From Histomonas meleagridis 2922-C6/04-290x (taxonomy: Eukaryota > Protista > Parabasalia), in NCBI GenBank assembly GCA_020184695.1, contig JAANOX010000179.1:62001-126000 (forward strand): a DNA stretch of 64,000 nucleotides. The letters are read 5' to 3'. The notes beneath the pieces are model-generated. The model saw only the letters and a program-made list of their open reading frames with translations. It ran no database searches and had not been told where the DNA came from. The translations under genes and the position numbers were made by a program. Shown here one piece after another: positions 57,572 to 64,000 of this stretch (position 1 is its first letter; each line of letters opens with the position of its first letter).

Positions 57572-60500
57572 ATGAATCCAGAAGAAGATTTTCCAACATG
57601 GATTATGATTGTTTCCACAACACTCGATTCAATCGATGACTTTGCGATGTTTGTTCCACAATTCGAACGTCTATTCCAAACAATCATTGAAACAGGTGAA
57701 CTACCAGATCCGATCAAAAATTATAAAGAACAATTTTATAATTCTGTGTACACAAGCCTTTTACAAAAAATGCTTACAATGGGTACAATGAGTGAAGAAT
57801 CAAATCAGACAATATTAAATTTCTTCAAACTTGTAATTAACTTTACAAACTATGGAATAAAAACAAGTAATTCACTCATCACCAGATTTCTTTCTCTTAT
57901 ATTTATCAAAAATTCATATCCCCTTTATCAAAATAATACAAAATTTGATTTCTTTAACAAAATCTGTAAATATTCATATGAATGTGATGCTTATAGTAAT
58001 GCTTATGAAGCCTTAAAAAAGCTTCCACCTATTTCCTTTATCTATGATTATTTTGTTATTATCATCACAGTATCAAATCATGACAAAAGTTTTAATTTTT
58101 GGGAATTTGCCAAAACATGTGCATCTGGTATCAAAAAAGCCTGTGAAGAAAACATGCGTAGTGCCCAAACATCACAAATTTCTCAACTTCAAGAATATAT
58201 CCGTTTTAATGCATTAAATCAAAACGCAATTAACTCATCATATGTTATAGATTGGCTTGAGATCTACAAGCTATTTGTTAAAAGTGAGTTTTTCGAGAAA
58301 CAACTCGCTGGTGTCAAAGGTATTGCGAGCATCATTTCTGAGCAGCGTTTTATCGGCACTGTAATTCAGTGGTTTACATCGCCCGATAACCTAGATTTAT
58401 TTTCTGGTAATATTATGCATCCCGAGTTTATGCCAAGCTATAGTATAATTTTAAGTTATTTATCTGAACATAATGTCTTAACACCGGAATTTTTAACCAA
58501 GTTATGGAGTTTACATAACGTTCAACATGAGAATGAACAATTTCAATTTTTCTCAATCTTTAATTCCATTGCAAAGAAGTTAAATGTTGAACTTATAGTC
58601 GGGTTAACTAACATGGTTTTAAATCCTAATGTTATTAATGAAAATTGGCTTAAGTTCATTACACAATATGGGATTATCATTGGTACACGTAATGATTCAT
58701 ATGAATCATTTGAATTAGTTCGCGATAAATTATTTGAAATATGTTTTAGTGATAATGAATTAAGTAATAATGCGAAAGATAGTTTATCAATGTTATTACC
58801 ATATTATTTAACGAGTGAACGACTTGAAGAATATTCGGAGAAGTTAATTGAGTTTGGAAATGAATCATTAATATTTACATTATTACAAAACGCAGTTTCT
58901 ACATCTACAATTGATTCACTTGAATTAATACATAAATTAGTATCAATAGCAATTGATTATTTAGTATCACATGAAGATATTAATTCATGTTTTTCATTTT
59001 TGTTTAATATTTGTTTTAAAAATGAATTTGTTATACCAGAGAATTATCTTGATGAATTATTTTCAATTTATGACACATGTTCTACATTCAAAACATTTGT
59101 TATATCATTGATTCAAAGCGAATTAATATCATTTGATTACTTGGAACAATTTATCGAGAATATGCCATTAGAGAAAGTAAACTTTGATTTCTTTGAAATT
59201 ACAAAAGAATTTATCTCGAAGATTAATAATTATTCAGGAACAGTTAAAGAAATACCTTTGAAACAAGAACATTTATTATGGAAATATTCGATATTTAATT
59301 CATCACAAAGAGAAAATTTTTCGAAATATTTATGTGAAATATATTCAAGTAATGATGGAATTATATTACAAGATTATCAAATAATGAATATATTTATATT
59401 AACTTGGAGACAATATTTCGATAATAAAACAGATGAAACTATTAATGGATTATTAATATTATTAAGAACTTTCATTATAACAATAGAAAATGATGTCGAT
59501 ATATCAATGTTCGGAGTAAAAAGACATTGTTTAAATGCAGATGATGAAAAAATTATTGTCGAAGTCATTGGAATGAATTTACCTGCTAAACAAGTTCATA
59601 CTGTATCATTATCAATGAAAGTTAAAGCATTAAAATATCGAATTTCAAAAACTGCAATGATACCAATGTATAAATTTAAATTAATTGCAAATCAAAATAC
59701 ACTTGATGAAAATGAAAATATATTAAAATATGTTTCAACAATTTCACCGAAACCTGAAAAGTTAATATTAAATGTATCGATACTAGAACCTAAACGATAT
59801 TTACCATTTGTACATGAAAGAAATTGTTTACCTTCAACAATTATATCACAATCAGATTTAATTGATGAACTTTTAGATTTATTAAAACAAAATAATCAAG
59901 AAGTTAAATTACTTTTAGATTATTTACCGACAAATATATCAACGATATTAAGTTTGAAACAAATATCAAAACGTAATACATTTAATTATACTGATTTCTT
60001 ACCATATAATTTCCCTTCGTTGTTTATGTATAATTTCGAAGTATTAATTTCAAGTTTTGATGATAAAATGAAAATTGATTTTGAAAGAACAAATGGTTTT
60101 ATATATTTAATTGAATTCTTTGAACATAATTCATATCCAATTGAAATAGTTAAATTTTTATCGAAGAATTTATCGAAAGAATTAGTAGTTAAATATTCAC
60201 AAAAAATATTTGATTCATTTTCACCTAAATTATTTATATTTGGAGAAGAAGGTAATGAATATAACTTTAATACGATCAATGAATTTTTAATACAAATTGC
60301 TACAACAGAAAATGTTAATATAAATGTAAATGATGAATTTAATTCATCAATACAAATATTAATGTTTTCTAGGTTTGATTTTGTAAAAAATAATGGGAAA
60401 GTATTATTAGACATATTACAAATACCATTAAATGTCTTTGAAGAAATATTACCGAATATACCACAAGAATTAGAAGAAGATTTTTATTCATTTGTAATTC

Positions 60501-63500
60501 CACATGTCAAAGAATTCTCCGAAATATTAATGGAGAAATGTTTAGATAATTTAGAATCTTTATCATTATTAACGATCTTAAATCAAATGCTTTTATTAGA
60601 GAAAGTCCCATCACAATTTTATGCATTAATATCAAACTCAATCATTAATCGATATTTATTAGTTAATTCTAATCCTCGAAATATTTCATCATTTAATATG
60701 GCATTACAATGTTTATCACATTTAGAAACACCAGAAATATTAATGCATTTAAATAATTTACATAATGGACGTACAAGTTATAATGAATGGAGAATTGATG
60801 GTGATGCTACAACAGTATCTTCAACAGGTTATAGTGGTTTAGTTAATTTAGGTGCTACATGTTTCTTAAATTCGACATTACAACAATTTTATGGTATTCC
60901 TTTATTACGGAAATCGATTATCGAATATAATGGTGAAGATAAATTTATGTTACAATTAAGAGAACTTTTTGCTAAATTATTATTATCAAAAGGTCATTCA
61001 ATAACTACTGAAAACTTAGTAAAAGAATGGACTGGTTGGGATGGAGAGAAAATGAATCCACGTGTTCAACAAGATGCATGTGAATTTGTACAAGTATTAA
61101 TTGATAAGCTTGAGAAAGGTTTAGGTATTAACTTTATAAAGGATTTATTTTTAGGGACAACAATTGATACTATTGAAGGTATTAATGAAGATTATCATTC
61201 GAATTCTTCACCACAACCATTTTATACTTTTACATTACCAATTTCTCAAGCAAAAGATATCTTTATGGCATTTGATAACTTTCAACAACCTGATTATTTC
61301 ATTGGATCTAATCAATATTTTGCTGAAAGTTTAAATAAAAAAATCGATGCTAAAAAGTTTGCATCGTTAGGTAAATTACCAAGATATTTAATTATCCAAT
61401 TATCACGATTTGAATTTGATTATAATACATGGGAACGAAAGAAGATTAATTCAGTATTTGAATTTCCAATGGAATTAAATGTTCAACAATATACTATTAA
61501 TGAAAATGAAGATTATAATTATAAGTTAAGTGGTATAATAATACATTCAGGTACAGCTAATTTCGGACATTATTATTCTTATGTTCGAAATCGATTTACT
61601 GATAAATGGTATGATTTTAATGATTCTTATGTTACTGAAATTAATGAAGAAGATTTATTAAAGTCTTCTTATGGTGATAATCCAGGACATAATGGATATA
61701 TATTATTTTATGATCGAATAGATAATGTTAATAATATTAATGATGTTCCTGATATTGATGATGAATTACGAATGAAAATCGAAGAAGAAAATCATTTAAA
61801 TGATGAATATCGTTTGTTTTGTTCAACTGCTTATTTCGAATATATGAAACAAATTGTTAAAAAAGATAATTTGAACTTCGTTAAAATCGCAATTCAATAT
61901 TACTTTGATACATTTCCTTTTACGACCCATATATTAAATGCTAAAGATTTATATGAGCCAATTTTAAAGGCATTAAATAATAATGAATATTTATGTAATG
62001 AATTCCAACAATTTCTAATGGAAAATGAAATTTATAGTTGTGCTTTAGTATATTGTCCTGCAAATATATTACGAAAAGGTGCAATGAAAATGTTCAAATA
62101 TTTAAATTATGATTTATTTAATGAACATTTTGTTGAAGACTTTTATAAAGTTATTAATGATATAATTCCTTATTATCGATGTTTTAATGAATATTTCGAA
62201 GTACTTTCATATCTTTTGAGTAATGATAACTTTTATAATTATTCGATGCATACATTAAAGAATAATATATTATATGAATTAGTAGTTAATGAAATTCCAA
62301 AATATTTAAGTGATAAACCTCAAATAAAACCATCTTATTTCTATGGCGGATTAAACTTTAGTGGTATCTTTAATTGCATTTGTAAATTTAAAGAAATTGA
62401 TGAACAATTTATTAGTTATATATTAAATGAAGAGTTTCTTATTAATTTAATTAATTCTCCTACAAAATTAATATCAATTATTAACTTATTAAATAGTTTT
62501 AATAACAATGAAAAAGTTTATGAATTTATTCAACAATTTATAATTCATTCAAGTATATATTTGCCTTACTTCAAAATTATTCCAATGGTATTCGAAATGT
62601 TTAATAGTAACGCATTTGATATAATCGATAAATGTCATTTTAGAGTTGGTGAAAACCAAAGTAATGATTTCGATTTAAGTTGTGCGATAATATCCGCAAT
62701 GATGAAATCTGAAAACATAAAACAAATTATGTTACAAAATTTAGATAAATGGTTAATACGATTATTAACTAATGAAAATTTAAATTGTAGAACAGTTGCA
62801 CAATATATAATCGCATTTATTGTACCACATGAAATGTTTAATGATAGTTTGATTTCTTTCCCTGTTCATGAATATTCGCGTCTATTTAATAATATCGAAT
62901 TTAAAGCAAAAGAAATTAATGATGAAATGTTAAATAACGCAAATATGATTTTAAGTTATTTCATTGATAATTATGAAGAATTCGTAGTTGTTATGAATCA
63001 AAATGATAATTTGGGAGATCAATACTTAAATTTACTTGAAATTTTAGCAAAAATTTTGAACCAAAATATTGGAAATGTTTTAATTAATATTTTGGAGAAG
63101 CTTCAAAGTAAGAAGCAAAAATTCGATTTACACTCAAAACAAATATTAAATATGCTCGTGAAAATGTATCCAAATGAAGTTAATTTGGATTTGATCGTTT
63201 CTTCAATGCCTGATTTGAACGTTAAGGCGGCCCCATCACAATATCCAAAGATCATTCAATTTTTCGAAGCAATTGAACCGATGGTTGATCAAATTGAATT
63301 TTCTGAAGACTTTGTCAAATTCTTCATTGAAAATGTTGCTTTCACTCAATTTCAATTTGCCATTTTGAAATTCAAAGTCGTTGCAACTTTTCTACACAAA
63401 ATCGCCCCAATTTTCTCAGAAATTTTGAAGGAATACGTTGTCAAAAATTTCAATAGGATTGTAAAGAAAAATTATTCGGCACTTTTAATTTCACTTGAAA

Positions 63501-64000
63501 GCATTCAAATGAAAATGCCACTTTTGAATACTTTACCAGCGGCTATTGGGCTTAAACAATATTTTACAATGGATGAATTAATTATAAAAAGCTTTGAATT
63601 AAACGAAGGCGAAGTCACAGAAATTAAGCCTATGATTAGCTTTTTAAACTCACCCGAAATTAGTTCAACATCTCGCCAATATATTTGGGAATTATTATAT
63701 CAAAATCCGATTTCCTTTAGTGAATTCTCATCTATTTATTCATGGAATGAAGATCTTTATAATTATACGAAATATTTATTGATCATTAATGATGGCAAAG
63801 ATATCATTATTGAAAATTCCAAGAAATCGATTGAAGCGTTATCATTATCATATAACTATTTATTAGAAAACGAGAAAGATATATTAATGTCGCCATTGTT
63901 TTATAATGCCGTTTTACGAAATGAAATTAAACCGGAATACATCGATTTGATCATTGATTATATCACTGCGTTAACCAATGGTAAGTCAAATGAACAAAAG
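57572..64000 (+). CDS. Large ubiquitin-specific protease (USP9/24/34-like), 3'-partial, more than 2140 aa
   Basis: Absent from the ORF track because no stop falls in the window; ATG at 57572 is in frame with the Cys box GLVNLGATCFLNSTLQQF (about 60840), QQDACEF, His box HSGTANFGHYYSY..WYDFND, and stays open at 64000; UBL-like segment near 59560-59760. Confidence 0.92.
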   Translation, partial: MNPEEDFPTWIMIVSTTLDSIDDFAMFVPQFERLFQTIIETGELPDPIKNYKEQFYNSVYTSLLQKMLTMGTMSEESNQTILNFFKLVINFTNYGIKTSNSLITRFLSLIFIKNSYPLYQNNTKFDFFNKICKYSYECDAYSNAYEALKKLPPISFIYDYFVIIITVSNHDKSFNFWEFAKTCASGIKKACEENMRSAQTSQISQLQEYIRFNALNQNAINSSYVIDWLEIYKLFVKSEFFEKQLAGVKGIASIISEQRFIGTVIQWFTSPDNLDLFSGNIMHPEFMPSYSIILSYLSEHNVLTPEFLTKLWSLHNVQHENEQFQFFSIFNSIAKKLNVELIVGLTNMVLNPNVINENWLKFITQYGIIIGTRNDSYESFELVRDKLFEICFSDNELSNNAKDSLSMLLPYYLTSERLEEYSEKLIEFGNESLIFTLLQNAVSTSTIDSLELIHKLVSIAIDYLVSHEDINSCFSFLFNICFKNEFVIPENYLDELFSIYDTCSTFKTFVISLIQSELISFDYLEQFIENMPLEKVNFDFFEITKEFISKINNYSGTVKEIPLKQEHLLWKYSIFNSSQRENFSKYLCEIYSSNDGIILQDYQIMNIFILTWRQYFDNKTDETINGLLILLRTFIITIENDVDISMFGVKRHCLNADDEKIIVEVIGMNLPAKQVHTVSLSMKVKALKYRISKTAMIPMYKFKLIANQNTLDENENILKYVSTISPKPEKLILNVSILEPKRYLPFVHERNCLPSTIISQSDLIDELLDLLKQNNQEVKLLLDYLPTNISTILSLKQISKRNTFNYTDFLPYNFPSLFMYNFEVLISSFDDKMKIDFERTNGFIYLIEFFEHNSYPIEIVKFLSKNLSKELVVKYSQKIFDSFSPKLFIFGEEGNEYNFNTINEFLIQIATTENVNINVNDEFNSSIQILMFSRFDFVKNNGKVLLDILQIPLNVFEEILPNIPQELEEDFYSFVIPHVKEFSEILMEKCLDNLESLSLLTILNQMLLLEKVPSQFYALISNSIINRYLLVNSNPRNISSFNMALQCLSHLETPEILMHLNNLHNGRTSYNEWRIDGDATTVSSTGYSGLVNLGATCFLNSTLQQFYGIPLLRKSIIEYNGEDKFMLQLRELFAKLLLSKGHSITTENLVKEWTGWDGEKMNPRVQQDACEFVQVLIDKLEKGLGINFIKDLFLGTTIDTIEGINEDYHSNSSPQPFYTFTLPISQAKDIFMAFDNFQQPDYFIGSNQYFAESLNKKIDAKKFASLGKLPRYLIIQLSRFEFDYNTWERKKINSVFEFPMELNVQQYTINENEDYNYKLSGIIIHSGTANFGHYYSYVRNRFTDKWYDFNDSYVTEINEEDLLKSSYGDNPGHNGYILFYDRIDNVNNINDVPDIDDELRMKIEEENHLNDEYRLFCSTAYFEYMKQIVKKDNLNFVKIAIQYYFDTFPFTTHILNAKDLYEPILKALNNNEYLCNEFQQFLMENEIYSCALVYCPANILRKGAMKMFKYLNYDLFNEHFVEDFYKVINDIIPYYRCFNEYFEVLSYLLSNDNFYNYSMHTLKNNILYELVVNEIPKYLSDKPQIKPSYFYGGLNFSGIFNCICKFKEIDEQFISYILNEEFLINLINSPTKLISIINLLNSFNNNEKVYEFIQQFIIHSSIYLPYFKIIPMVFEMFNSNAFDIIDKCHFRVGENQSNDFDLSCAIISAMMKSENIKQIMLQNLDKWLIRLLTNENLNCRTVAQYIIAFIVPHEMFNDSLISFPVHEYSRLFNNIEFKAKEINDEMLNNANMILSYFIDNYEEFVVVMNQNDNLGDQYLNLLEILAKILNQNIGNVLINILEKLQSKKQKFDLHSKQILNMLVKMYPNEVNLDLIVSSMPDLNVKAAPSQYPKIIQFFEAIEPMVDQIEFSEDFVKFFIENVAFTQFQFAILKFKVVATFLHKIAPIFSEILKEYVVKNFNRIVKKNYSALLISLESIQMKMPLLNTLPAAIGLKQYFTMDELIIKSFELNEGEVTEIKPMISFLNSPEISSTSRQYIWELLYQNPISFSEFSSIYSWNEDLYNYTKYLLIINDGKDIIIENSKKSIEALSLSYNYLLENEKDILMSPLFYNAVLRNEIKPEYIDLIIDYITALTNGKSNEQK

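Overview
Very AT-rich eukaryotic DNA, most consistent with a parabasalid (Trichomonas/Tritrichomonas-like). Support: BspA TpLRR surface genes, expanded DUF3447-type/ankyrin genes, TCATT initiator motifs just upstream of ATGs, and no canonical introns seen. Intact housekeeping genes (CTL/SLC44, 5'-nucleotidase, PIG-T-like, Sir2, RhoGAP, C2 protein, SNU13, TMEM17-like, SGF29, Ulp1/SENP, a >2100-aa USP running off the right end) are interleaved with decayed DNA transposons (hAT, P-like, Tc1, mariner, probable Maverick fragments). The main discovery candidate is an ankyrin gene family at 6 loci. Every ankyrin repeat (about 36 junctions counted by hand) is interrupted at the same point, the DxxG beta-turn, by a 57-80 nt A/U-rich, hairpin-forming segment that breaks the frame or carries stops and has no usable GT-AG. 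The flanking 93-nt modules stay open, vary mainly at DARPin-like binding positions, and are shuffled between loci. This suggests a non-canonical intron, ribosome-bypass or DNA-excision system, possibly diversity-generating. Mechanism and function are inference; all homology calls are by motif recognition, not database search.
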